From positions 32,001 to 96,000 of IMG/VR virus record IMGVR_UViG_3300027749_000058: DNA of 64,000 bases. One strand, written 5' to 3'. Below, piece after piece: positions 35,111 to 45,171 of the stretch. The notes beneath the pieces are model-generated. The model was not told the DNA's origin. It saw only the letters and a program-made list of their open reading frames with translations, and searched no databases. Source of the DNA: a virus. How positions within the stretch are numbered: position 1 is the first letter of the stretch; each line of letters starts with the position of its first letter. The position numbers were made by a program, and so were the translations under genes.

Positions 35111-37126
35111 TTATTTACCTTTCTTCTGTATCTTGATTTCTTCACCTTCTACTTTTATTGTATAAGTTTTACCTTCAATCATTTTACCTGTTAATACTTC
35201 TTCGGATAATAGGTCTTCGACCTTATCTTGAATTGCTCTTTTAAGAGGTCTTGCTCCATAAGATTCGTCAAATCCTACTTTTGCAAGATATTCAATCAAG
35301 GTATCATCATAAGTGATGGTGTATTTCATGTCTTTAAGACGATGCACCAATTTCTTAAGTTCAATATCAGTAATTTTCTTAATATCTTCAGGACTTAATG
35401 AATTGAATATAATTGTATCATCAATACGGTTCAAGAATTCAGGAGAGAAGAAATTTTTCATTTCTTTCATCAATACTTGTTTTTTAGCTTCCTCATTTGC
35501 ATATACATTATTTGAGAAACCAATACCTGTACCAAAGTCTTGTAATTTTTTAACACCCAAGTTTGAGGTTAAAATAATTAATGTGTTCTTGAAATTAATT
35601 TTTCTACCAAGACTATCTGTTGCGTGTCCATCATCCAAGATTTGTAGTAAGATAGAAAACACATCTTTATGTGCTTTTTCTACTTCATCAAATAAGATTA
35701 CTGAATATGGTTTGTTTTTAACTTTTTCAGTTAATTGCCCACCTTCTTCATATCCAACATATCCTGGAGGAGCTCCCACCAATTTGGATATTGTATGTTT
35801 TTCTTGGTATTCACTCATATCCACACGGATTAAGGAATCTTCAGAACCAAACATTTCTTTTGCCAATTGTTTTGCCAAGTGTGTTTTACCTACACCAGTT
35901 GAACCTAAGAATATAAATGAACCAATTGGACGGTTAGGGTCTTTAATTCCCAATCTGTTTCTTTTGATTGATTTTGCAATCTTGATAACTGCGGCATCTT
36001 GACCAATTACCTTACCCATTAATTCTTTATCTAAATTAATTAATGCGTTTTTATCATCAACATTCATTCTATTCACAGGAATTTTTACCATACTAGATAC
36101 AACATCATATACGTTTTCAAGTGAGATTATTTTCTTGTCTTTTGATTGTTCTTCTTCAAACTTATTTTTTTCGCTTTCAAGTTTGGTCAACAATTTCTTT
36201 TCTTTATCGCGTAAATCTGCAGCTTGTTCGTAGTTTTGTTTTTTAACTACATCAATTTTTAATTGCTTAAGTTCCAATGCCTTTCTTTTTAAATCTTCAA
36301 TTATTTCAGGAACTTTTATGTCGGTTTGCATACGAGCTCCAACTTCATCCAAGACATCAAATGCTTTATCAGGAAATTCACGTTCAGTAATATATCTGTC
36401 TGCCAATTTCACACAAGCTTCAATAATTTCATCAGAATAAGATACTTTATGAAATGTTTCGTATTTTTCACGAACATTTTTAAGAATTTGAATTGTTTCT
36501 ACAACCGTAGATGGGTCAACAATTACCTTTTGAAACCTGCGTTCCAACGCTCCGTCTTTTTCAATATTTTTGCGGAATTCATCAAGAGTTGTTGCTCCGA
36601 TACATTGTAATTCACCACGAGATAATGCTGGTTTGAAAATATTGGAACCATCCATTGAACCTGCCGAATTACCTGACCCAACAAGAGTATGTATCTCATC
36701 AATGAAGATGATGATGTTTGGGTTTGCCTGAAGTTCTTCAATAATTACCTTCATTCTTTCTTCAAACTGACCACGATATTTTGTGCCAGCAACAACTGAA
36801 GTTAAATCAAGATTTACGATTCTTTTATCAATAAGATTTTTTGGACATTCTCCACTTACAATCTTCATCGCCAAACCTTCAACAATTGCAGTTTTACCAC
36901 AACCAGGTTCTCCTATAATAATAGGGTTATTTTTCTTTCTACGAGATAAGATTTGAGCTATTCTCAAAATCTCTTTATCACGTCCAATAACAGGATCTAA
37001 CTTACCGGCTTCAGCCAATTTATTTAAATCCCTACTGAAATTATCCAATACAGGTGTGTTACTGTCTGAATTTTGTTTTTCTTTTTTACTCATTATTTTG
37101 TCGTCATCATCAATAATATCATTCAT
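35111..37126 (-). CDS. clpC: ClpC-type AAA+ ATPase lacking the N-terminal domain
   Basis: Two NBDs (GEPGCGKT, GSTGVGKT), UVR-like coiled coil QNYEQAADLRD, IGF loop (GTGIGFS). Confidence 0.9.
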   Translation of the reverse strand: MNDIIDDDDKIMSKKEKQNSDSNTPVLDNFSRDLNKLAEAGKLDPVIGRDKEILRIAQILSRRKKNNPIIIGEPGCGKTAIVEGLAMKIVSGECPKNLIDKRIVNLDLTSVVAGTKYRGQFEERMKVIIEELQANPNIIIFIDEIHTLVGSGNSAGSMDGSNIFKPALSRGELQCIGATTLDEFRKNIEKDGALERRFQKVIVDPSTVVETIQILKNVREKYETFHKVSYSDEIIEACVKLADRYITEREFPDKAFDVLDEVGARMQTDIKVPEIIEDLKRKALELKQLKIDVVKKQNYEQAADLRDKEKKLLTKLESEKNKFEEEQSKDKKIISLENVYDVVSSMVKIPVNRMNVDDKNALINLDKELMGKVIGQDAAVIKIAKSIKRNRLGIKDPNRPIGSFIFLGSTGVGKTHLAKQLAKEMFGSEDSLIRVDMSEYQEKHTISKLVGAPPGYVGYEEGGQLTEKVKNKPYSVILFDEVEKAHKDVFSILLQILDDGHATDSLGRKINFKNTLIILTSNLGVKKLQDFGTGIGFSNNVYANEEAKKQVLMKEMKNFFSPEFLNRIDDTIIFNSLSPEDIKKITDIELKKLVHRLKDMKYTITYDDTLIEYLAKVGFDESYGARPLKRAIQDKVEDLLSEEVLTGKMIEGKTYTIKVEGEEIKIQKKGK

Positions 37127-37325
37127 AGTTAATTAATTTTTACAAAGGTGTATCAAATTTGGGACATTACCAAATTATTAGACAAATTGTCGGTAATATT
37201 TTTTTTAACTGACATATTGTCGTATTTGTGATTCGATAACTGAAAATTTTTCAGTTTATTTATGGTGGTATATAGTTTGATTATGTAAAGATAATCAAAT
37301 AAATTAAAAAAAAAACAAAACAATT

Positions 37326-37721
37326 ATGATTTACGGTACTACAAATTTTAATGACATGATAGACCATGTTTTTGGTAGACAACCAAATAACTATTATGCA
37401 ACTTCAGTAACAACTAAAACATCTGATGATGAGAACTATGAGATAAACCATACTAAAGATGGTGCATATCTTTTCTTCAAAGCCGCGGGCTTTAATAAAT
37501 CAAATCTAAAAGTTGAAATGGAAAGTGGTATTATCCATATCGAAGGAAAAAGAGTTTATAAATTAAATGGTGAAGAAAAAACCAAATCAATTTCTAAACA
37601 ATTTAAAATCGGAGATACATATAACCCAACTTCCATCGAGGCAACCATCGAAGATGGACTTTTAACGGTATTCGTACCTAATTACAAAAAACAAGAAAAG
37701 AAAAGAATAAACCTTCTCTAA
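37326..37721 (+). CDS. Hsp20 / alpha-crystallin small heat-shock protein
   Basis: AAGFNKSNLKVEME...IEATIEDGLLTVFVP. Confidence 0.85.
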   Translation: MIYGTTNFNDMIDHVFGRQPNNYYATSVTTKTSDDENYEINHTKDGAYLFFKAAGFNKSNLKVEMESGIIHIEGKRVYKLNGEEKTKSISKQFKIGDTYNPTSIEATIEDGLLTVFVPNYKKQEKKRINLL

Positions 37722-37782
37722 TCGATCTCATTAACAGATAAACCCTCATCATTTTTTTGGTGGGGGTTTATATTTATGTTTA

Positions 37783-38118
37783 ATGAAACCATTTGAAAAA
37801 TTTTTAGAACATAGCACATCATTAAGAGAATTATTGGACACTTATCTTGAATTAAGACAACATTTCCAAGAACTTGGATTTAGTGAAGAAGATTTAATTA
37901 GTCCACCAACATATACTCAAAAAATGATGTCTTTATATCATAAATTTGATACCACACAAAAGGCTTTATTTCAACAAGTAAAAGACTATGGTTTTAATAT
38001 AAATCTGAATGATTTTACTGGTTATACCACAAAATTATTATCTAAAATTGATAAATTAACACCACTTAAAGAAAATGGCAATAACAAAAGAAGAAATCAA
38101 GGGGACAAAGATTATTAA
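37783..38118 (+). CDS. hypothetical protein
   Basis: 111 aa; TATTTAT upstream. Confidence 0.7.
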   Translation: MKPFEKFLEHSTSLRELLDTYLELRQHFQELGFSEEDLISPPTYTQKMMSLYHKFDTTQKALFQQVKDYGFNINLNDFTGYTTKLLSKIDKLTPLKENGNNKRRNQGDKDY

Positions 38119-38317
38119 CGAAATCAAATCGTCCAATATTAAGAAAACAGAATACGATATAGAAACCAAAAAATTGATTGCAGAATTCAATAATGGTTTA
38201 AAATATCAATACGATAATGTACCTCATCAGGTATATACAGCCTTCAGAAAGGCCCAATCTCAGGGTCAATTTTTCACTACAGATATTTCAAAGAAATATA
38301 CTTATAAAAAAGTGTAG
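38075..38317 (+). CDS. KTSC domain protein
   Basis: SSNIKKTEYD...EFNNG..YQYDNVP...Y..F..A.SQGQFF. Confidence 0.85.
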   Translation: MAITKEEIKGTKIINEIKSSNIKKTEYDIETKKLIAEFNNGLKYQYDNVPHQVYTAFRKAQSQGQFFTTDISKKYTYKKV

Positions 38318-38335
38318 CTTATTGAGTATTTATAT

Positions 38336-39091
38336 GTGATGAGTAATACCCAAAAAATTCTTGATAGTTTTTCCGTAAAAGAAACTCTTAACCCAAAAGT
38401 ATGGGAAAATTGTGAAAGCGCAGAAAATGCAACAATGAAACCCAAAGTTAGACAGGCTCTTATGCGTATTGCAGAAGAATTTATTGAAGATTTGGGTGAT
38501 GATGTATTTGTTGAAGAAATTTATCTTATGGGATCATTAGCAAATTTTAATTGGTCAGAATATTCTGATTTTGATTTACACGTTATTGTTGATTTTGAAA
38601 GATATGGAAAACAAGAAGACCTTTATAAAGAACTTTTTGATTTAAAAAAGAAACTTTTTAACGACAAACACAATATTAAAATTTTTGGATATGACGTTGA
38701 AGTTTATGCTCAAGGAACTTCCGATGAAGCTCATAGTGATGGTGTTTATTCTGTTATGAATAACGAATGGATTCACAAGCCAAAAAAGACACATAAAAAT
38801 TTAGATATGTCAGTTTTAAAAACCAAAATAAAAAGTTGGACAGATAAAATTGATGACTCAATTGAAGAAGCAAAATCTGAAGGAAATACTGAAACTTTAA
38901 AGAGGTTAAAAGATAAACTAAAAGAGTATAGACAATCAGGGTTAGATAAAGATGGAGAGTTTTCTTATGAGAATTTGGTTTTTAAATATTTAAGAAGATC
39001 AGGTCATATCGGTAAACTTTTTGACGAAAAAACTAAAATAAAAGATAAAGAGTTGTCTATAGAAACACAAATTCAAGAAATCCGTAAATAA
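38336..39091 (+). CDS. Pol-beta-superfamily nucleotidyltransferase
   Basis: MGSLANFNWSEYSDFDLHV...DVEVY. Confidence 0.8.
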   Translation: MMSNTQKILDSFSVKETLNPKVWENCESAENATMKPKVRQALMRIAEEFIEDLGDDVFVEEIYLMGSLANFNWSEYSDFDLHVIVDFERYGKQEDLYKELFDLKKKLFNDKHNIKIFGYDVEVYAQGTSDEAHSDGVYSVMNNEWIHKPKKTHKNLDMSVLKTKIKSWTDKIDDSIEEAKSEGNTETLKRLKDKLKEYRQSGLDKDGEFSYENLVFKYLRRSGHIGKLFDEKTKIKDKELSIETQIQEIRK

Positions 39092-39131
39092 TTAGTATAA
39101 ATCATATATTTATAAAGAAAAAAAAACTTAG

Positions 39132-39359
39132 ATGCCAAGTCCAACTCCAACACCAAGTTCAACACCTTTTTATACAGGTATATCAGTAAACGCTATTTAC
39201 GAATACACTAATGATATGTTTGGTTCTTTTAGTGGTGGAACTTGGCAACCATCTTACGGTCCAGTACCACATGCAATATATACCAATAATAATGGTACCG
39301 AAGCTGTCGTTCAATTAAACGCAATATCTCTTGGAGGATTTAACGGATTAAATAATTAA
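39132..39359 (+). CDS. small late protein
   Basis: 75 aa; TATTTATA at 39107. Confidence 0.65.
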   Translation: MPSPTPTPSSTPFYTGISVNAIYEYTNDMFGSFSGGTWQPSYGPVPHAIYTNNNGTEAVVQLNAISLGGFNGLNN

Positions 39360-39380
39360 AAAAATTTAAAAATACAAAAT

Positions 39381-40616
39381 ATGTCAGATTTAAAAGCAAT
39401 AGGAAGTGAAAAACTTACAGGCCAAAATAAATTAAATAGAATAATGGAAATTGCTCGTTTTAATGAAGTAATTCCATCTAAAGTTAATGAAACTTCAAAT
39501 TCAGAATATAGTATTTCTCTTGCAGATGGTTATAAATATGAAATCGTAAAAGAAAGACAAGGATATATAATTAAAAAAAATATTAATGAATCTGAAGCTG
39601 ATTATATTGAACCAATGAAAAATAGAAAATATTATTCTTCATATTCACAAGCTCTAAAAAGATTAAATTTATTAACTAAAGAAGTTAATAGGATTAATGA
39701 AAATGAAGAAGGTATTTCTTTATTTGGTGAACAAAAAAAGTTTACTTTAAAATTACCAAAACCAGCTCCATCTCCTGAAGTTGCAGCTGCTCCACCAGCA
39801 GAACCTCCAGCGGTTCCATCACCAGAATTACCTCCATCACCTGATATGGGTACGGGTGCTGATATGGGAGGTGAAGATGTAAATGTTGATATGAATACTG
39901 ATATGGGAGGTGAAGATGTAAATGTTGATATGAATGATGATATGAGTGCTAATACAGGATCAGGAGACTCCGAAGAACACGTAACATTTAAAACAATTCA
40001 AAAACTTACAGGTAAATTAACACAAAAAATTAGAACATTAGATAATGAAGAAGGAATGACTTCTGAAAATATCAAATATGTTATCAATATGGTTTTATCA
40101 TCTTTAGAATTAAAGACTTTATCTGAAGAAGATAAAGAAGATATCATATCTAAATTTGATGAAGATTCTGAAGATTTAGGTGGAGATGATATGGGAGGCA
40201 AAGATATGACCGATGATTCTGAAGTTGAAGATATTCAAACAGATATGGACGTTCCTATTGAAGGAGGTGACGGTTCTGAAATGACAGAATATGGTAACGG
40301 AGCAATAATGGATAGTATCTTCAAAGAATCTAAAGTCGATAAAGTAATTTCAAAATATTTTGAAGTAACAAAACAAGAAATAAGAGAATCTGCAAATAAA
40401 AAAGCTCAAAAACAAATTAAAATTAACTCTGACGTTAAAAAGAAAATGAATTCAGTTATTAAATTAACAGAAACAATTGAGCAAGAATTAGCAGCTAAGA
40501 AATTTTTAGAGAAAAATTCTAACTATAACTTTATTGGACTTACCAATAAGAAAAATTTAGTTTTTGAAAATAATGGTAAACAAAAAAGAATTTCGATAGA
40601 AGGAAATGTTATATGA
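39381..40616 (+). CDS. head-module hypothetical protein with Pro-rich and acidic linkers
   Basis: 411 aa; DMGGEDVNVDMN duplicated. Confidence 0.7.
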   Translation: MSDLKAIGSEKLTGQNKLNRIMEIARFNEVIPSKVNETSNSEYSISLADGYKYEIVKERQGYIIKKNINESEADYIEPMKNRKYYSSYSQALKRLNLLTKEVNRINENEEGISLFGEQKKFTLKLPKPAPSPEVAAAPPAEPPAVPSPELPPSPDMGTGADMGGEDVNVDMNTDMGGEDVNVDMNDDMSANTGSGDSEEHVTFKTIQKLTGKLTQKIRTLDNEEGMTSENIKYVINMVLSSLELKTLSEEDKEDIISKFDEDSEDLGGDDMGGKDMTDDSEVEDIQTDMDVPIEGGDGSEMTEYGNGAIMDSIFKESKVDKVISKYFEVTKQEIRESANKKAQKQIKINSDVKKKMNSVIKLTETIEQELAAKKFLEKNSNYNFIGLTNKKNLVFENNGKQKRISIEGNVI

Positions 40617-41008
40617 GTAATTTAATCTACGTAAACGGTTTAGGACCTAATTATAAAGGAGATAATCTTTACGAGTTTATTTTTTCTGATAAAACTGATG
40701 TGTGGGGGGAATTTTGGGAAAGTAAACCATCTAATGGTTATCCAACTCCACCTGAATTAAAATATATTAAGAAGGTAGGAGTTTTGAGAAATACTGATAT
40801 AAAATTGGAATTGATTCAAAACTCCGATTTTTTTTGTATGGTAGATGCAATAGATGATGTTGTTGCATTAGCATGGGAAACAGAAGAATCTGAAGGACAA
40901 AAAAGAATGGTGTTTAGATTTGGAGAAACAGAACAAAAAATAAAAGACAAACTCTACGAAAGAGATTTGATTCTAGAATTTGAAAAGAAATTTGTGTATG
41001 AAAACTAA
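40613..41008 (+). CDS. hypothetical protein
   Basis: 131 aa in the head operon. Confidence 0.7.
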   Translation: MSNLIYVNGLGPNYKGDNLYEFIFSDKTDVWGEFWESKPSNGYPTPPELKYIKKVGVLRNTDIKLELIQNSDFFCMVDAIDDVVALAWETEESEGQKRMVFRFGETEQKIKDKLYERDLILEFEKKFVYEN

Positions 41009-42038
41009 TATAAAAGCCCTTGAACTAATTGAAAAAGGAATGACAGCTAAAACTGTTTCTAAATTAACTGAATCTCAAGTTAATATTTTACATTCAAAAT
41101 TACTTGGTGAACAAGGATCTCCGTCAGGAAAAGGTGTTACAACTATAAGTAGTAAAAACCCACAAGCATCTCAAATTGCAAAAAACTTGAATTCACAAGG
41201 TGTTAATGTTTCAATGACTGAAATTGAGGAAGATGAAACTGATGACTTAACTGACTCTGATGCATTAGCATCTGATGTATTACAAAATGTTACAGGTCAA
41301 GACACTCCTCATGATAATAATGATGAGGCTCCTGATGGAATGGATGATGACTCAGATGATAATAGAAAGATGATGGGTATGGCTGAAGCCAACGATAAAG
41401 AAAACAAACCAAATCCTTGGGCGATATGCCATACACAAGTTGGTCCTAAAAAATCAAGAAAGTGGGAAAGATGTGTAAGAGAAGTAAAAAAACAATTGGG
41501 AGAAGGAAAAAATCCCGTATCTTTATTTTTAGAAAATGAAATTATGAAAATTGTTGAAAGAAATATATTACCAAGAATTACTAAGGGAGATTTAATTAAA
41601 CATCTTAATGAGGGAGAAAATTTTGCAACAAAACATATTCAATCGTTTGGAACAAAATCATCTCCAAAAAATAAAAAAGAAGTTGATGAATCAGAACCTG
41701 CGGTATCACCAACAAAACCAAAAACAAAACCGACAACTGATCCTGGTACAAAACCAAAAAAACCTTCACATCCAGGAAAAAATCCTAATCCAGGTGAAAA
41801 TCCCTCACCGAAAGCTAAAGTAAAGAAAGAAGTTGATGAACAAAATCCATCACCAGCTCCTACAACAAAACCAGCTCCTACAAAGCCAGGTACTAAAAAC
41901 CCTACAAAACCAAGACCAAGTCATCCTGGAAAAAATCCTAACCCTGGTGAAAATCCTTCACCAAAGGCTAAGAAAATTTCACCTGAAAATGCAAAAAATG
42001 AGGTAATTGATGTTATTATTAAAATGTTAGAAAAATAA
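40998..42038 (+). CDS. head-module protein with duplicated Pro/Lys-rich repeat
   Basis: KKEVDE...PSHPGKNPNPGENPSPKAK occurs twice; NPWAIC...KWERCV. Confidence 0.7.
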   Translation: MKTNIKALELIEKGMTAKTVSKLTESQVNILHSKLLGEQGSPSGKGVTTISSKNPQASQIAKNLNSQGVNVSMTEIEEDETDDLTDSDALASDVLQNVTGQDTPHDNNDEAPDGMDDDSDDNRKMMGMAEANDKENKPNPWAICHTQVGPKKSRKWERCVREVKKQLGEGKNPVSLFLENEIMKIVERNILPRITKGDLIKHLNEGENFATKHIQSFGTKSSPKNKKEVDESEPAVSPTKPKTKPTTDPGTKPKKPSHPGKNPNPGENPSPKAKVKKEVDEQNPSPAPTTKPAPTKPGTKNPTKPRPSHPGKNPNPGENPSPKAKKISPENAKNEVIDVIIKMLEK

Positions 42039-42043
42039 ATAAA

Positions 42044-43366
42044 ATGGCAAAGAAATTAAAAGAACAAGTAGAATACGGTAATAGACCTGAAAGAATGGAT
42101 CCTAATTTAGAAAGAAAATTAGGAGACCCTGAAGGTTTATATGCAAAGAATCCTGCAATGAAAAAAGGGTCTCAAGATGTTCAAAGATTGGTAAGCCAAA
42201 GATTTGGTAAAGTTGCCGATAAACTTAAAGAAGTTACGGGTAATAGAAATATTAGTTCTCAACAAGTTCAAGGAATGATTTATCAAGAAATGATGAGGAA
42301 ACTTCCAAATATTATGAGAATTGAAAGCGCTCATAAAGAAGAACTTGAACAATTGGCTATTGATGCATCTTTAGAAGAAGGTGAAGTACCTGAAGGATGG
42401 TATCAGATTGATGCTAAATTGGGTATGCCGGATACTTCTAATTTTAGGTTTAATCCTGAAGAACCAGAAGATGACGAGGAAGAAGATGATGAAGAAGGTG
42501 AAGAAAAACTTCAAATACCTTCATTTGATGTTGAAGATTTGACAGATGAAGAACAATTAGAATTAGAAAAACATAAAAGAAATATTATAAATGCGATTAT
42601 TCAAGGAGCAGCAAAAAAAGGACATTACCTTTTCCAAAAGCCCGATGTAAAAGCAAGATTAGATGCTATTGACCCTTCTCTTTACAGAGATTATTTAGGA
42701 ATTATGGCAATCAATGATTTCATGTATTTTACAATGGAACAAATGATTGAAATGATGAGTGAAACAGGTCAAGGTGTTGCTGGTAAAGTAGAATTAGGTG
42801 ATTCAGACGATGAAGGAGAAGAAGGTGGAGAAGGTGGAGAAGAAACACCTGACACAAAAATTACAGCTACAGGAATGATTTTCCCAATATTATGTCACGA
42901 AATAATTAAAGGATTAGAAGAGGCAAAAGGAAGACACGGTCTTCCAACAGATTCTGAAATGAGACAAAAAGTTCAAGGACAAGTTGATACTTTAGCTAAC
43001 GAACCAATGCAATTAAGAATAGGCCCTGAAATTGTAGAAAAACTTAGACACGCTCTACCAGACGCAATGTTTGACGAATCAAACAAAGGTCTAATAAACT
43101 GGTTCCATATCTTGTTATACCAAATACCAGCCCAAGAATTCTTGGAAATTATAGGAAACGCCATCTCTCAAGATGAATCTAAAGTAAGAAAGGCTACTTC
43201 AAAATTTGAAGAAATTATGAAAGAAGCTCAAAATATGAAAGGTGAATTTGAGGATTATAAAGAAGAAAATGATATCGATTCTGATGATTCTGACGAAAAT
43301 GACGAAGATGATGAAGACGGATTAGATGATTTCTTAGGTAGTTTGGGGATATCAAGACCCAAATAA
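42044..43366 (+). CDS. hypothetical protein directly upstream of the terminase
   Basis: 440 aa with acidic tracts. Confidence 0.7.
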   Translation: MAKKLKEQVEYGNRPERMDPNLERKLGDPEGLYAKNPAMKKGSQDVQRLVSQRFGKVADKLKEVTGNRNISSQQVQGMIYQEMMRKLPNIMRIESAHKEELEQLAIDASLEEGEVPEGWYQIDAKLGMPDTSNFRFNPEEPEDDEEEDDEEGEEKLQIPSFDVEDLTDEEQLELEKHKRNIINAIIQGAAKKGHYLFQKPDVKARLDAIDPSLYRDYLGIMAINDFMYFTMEQMIEMMSETGQGVAGKVELGDSDDEGEEGGEGGEETPDTKITATGMIFPILCHEIIKGLEEAKGRHGLPTDSEMRQKVQGQVDTLANEPMQLRIGPEIVEKLRHALPDAMFDESNKGLINWFHILLYQIPAQEFLEIIGNAISQDESKVRKATSKFEEIMKEAQNMKGEFEDYKEENDIDSDDSDENDEDDEDGLDDFLGSLGISRPK

Positions 43367-43372
43367 TAATAT

Positions 43373-45133
43373 GTGACTAAAGAACAATTAATTATAGAAG
43401 TTACGAAGTGTATGAGGAACACTCCTTATGCACTTCGTACTTATTTACAGACATTCGATAATACCGTATCCAAATACGTTCCATTAGATTTATTTCCAGA
43501 CCAAATTACCTTAATCGAAGATTACGATAATTACAATGAAAATGTTGCTCTGAAATACAGACAGGCAGGAGTTTCTACAGTTACTGCCGCATGGGCATCA
43601 AAAAAACTTGCATTCGCAAAAAAAAGTAAGCCAGAAAAGATTCTGATTATTGCCAACAAATTGGATACTGCCGTGGAAATGGCAAACAAGGTTAGAGGAT
43701 TTACCGAACAATGGCCAGCATGGGTTGGAATTGGATTCTCCCAAGAAAAAAATTCACAAAGACATTTCAAACTTAATAATGATTGCGAAGTTAAAGCCGT
43801 TGCAACTTCAAAGGATGCCCTTCGTGGATATACCCCAACCATATTGATATTTGATGAGGCAGCCTACATTGAAGCAGATAGTGATTTCTGGTCTGCCTGT
43901 ATGGCCTCACTATCTACGGGTGGTAAGGTTATTGTTGTATCCACACCAAATGGATATGATCCAATCTATTATGAAATTTATGACCAATCATTACGAGGAA
44001 TGAATGATTTCAAAATCTCTGAAATGTATTGGTATAAAGACCCAAGGTATACAAAAGATTTGTATATGGTTAAAACCCCTGATTTAGTTCATTTTTTATT
44101 AAACAGAGAAGATTACCCTAAAGATAGTATTGTTAGTTTACATAATGAAAATCCGTATGAAAGAGACTTACAAATTGTTAAAGACTATATAGACCAAGGG
44201 TATAAACCATGTTCAACTTGGTTTGAAGGGATGGTTAAAAAGTTAAAGTTTGATAGAAGAAGAGTGGCACAAGAGTTGGAATGTAACTTTTTAGGATCAG
44301 GAGATAACGTATTCGATTCTGATTTAATGCAAAACATTTCTAAAAATCAATTAAGAGACCCTCAAGCCAAAATGATGGGTGGAAATCTTTGGATATTTAA
44401 AGAACCTGAAAACGGACATAAATACGTCATGGGTGTGGACGTATCAAGAGGGGATTCTGAGGACTTTACTTCAATTCAGATAATTGACTTCGACACGAGA
44501 GAACAAGTCCTTGAATATGTCGGAAAAGTACCTCCAGACGTAACCGCAGAGATTGCTTATAAGTGGGGAACAATGTATAATGCGTATTGTGTTGTAGATT
44601 TGACAGGAGGAATGGGAGTTGCAACGGCAAGAAAAATGCAAGAATTACAATATGCTGGTGGAATGTATGTTGACAATGTTGATACAAGTAATAAGTGGAA
44701 ATATGATCCAAAATTAAATGAAAAAATTCCTGGTATAAATTTTAATAATAAAAGGGTTCAAATTATTGCTTCTCTTGAAGAAGCCGTTAGACATGAATTT
44801 AAAGTTTATTCACATAGGTTATATAATGAAATGAATACCTTCATTTATGTAAATGGAAGACCTGACCATCAAAAGGGTCATCATGATGACTGTATTATGG
44901 CAATATCTATGGCAATTTATGTTGCAGAAAAATCTTTCCAATCTCTTACAAAGGTAGTTAATCATACCAAGGCTATGCTAAATTCTTGGTCTACAGTAGT
45001 TACTGAAAACAAAAACTCTTCAGAATTTTTCAATCCAATGGTTCCACAAATGGGACGAGATAGTAGACAATATAATTCTGGTCCTACAAAAAAAGACTAC
45101 GAAACATATGGATGGTTATTTGGGGTTAAATAA
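43373..45133 (+). CDS. terminase large subunit (T4 gp17-like)
   Basis: KYRQAGVST, LIFDEAA Walker B, STPNG, MGVDVSRG, HDDCIMA nuclease motifs. Confidence 0.95.
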   Translation: MTKEQLIIEVTKCMRNTPYALRTYLQTFDNTVSKYVPLDLFPDQITLIEDYDNYNENVALKYRQAGVSTVTAAWASKKLAFAKKSKPEKILIIANKLDTAVEMANKVRGFTEQWPAWVGIGFSQEKNSQRHFKLNNDCEVKAVATSKDALRGYTPTILIFDEAAYIEADSDFWSACMASLSTGGKVIVVSTPNGYDPIYYEIYDQSLRGMNDFKISEMYWYKDPRYTKDLYMVKTPDLVHFLLNREDYPKDSIVSLHNENPYERDLQIVKDYIDQGYKPCSTWFEGMVKKLKFDRRRVAQELECNFLGSGDNVFDSDLMQNISKNQLRDPQAKMMGGNLWIFKEPENGHKYVMGVDVSRGDSEDFTSIQIIDFDTREQVLEYVGKVPPDVTAEIAYKWGTMYNAYCVVDLTGGMGVATARKMQELQYAGGMYVDNVDTSNKWKYDPKLNEKIPGINFNNKRVQIIASLEEAVRHEFKVYSHRLYNEMNTFIYVNGRPDHQKGHHDDCIMAISMAIYVAEKSFQSLTKVVNHTKAMLNSWSTVVTENKNSSEFFNPMVPQMGRDSRQYNSGPTKKDYETYGWLFGVK

Positions 45134-45171
45134 CTATTTATATTATTAAAGTAACAACTTAAAATTATATT

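Noticed and set aside
35313-36741. Antisense and alternate-frame ORFs inside clpC, and similar ones inside the ligase, terminase, portal, scaffold and MCP genes
   Set aside because: Shadow frames of strongly supported genes, with no motifs or promoter context of their own.
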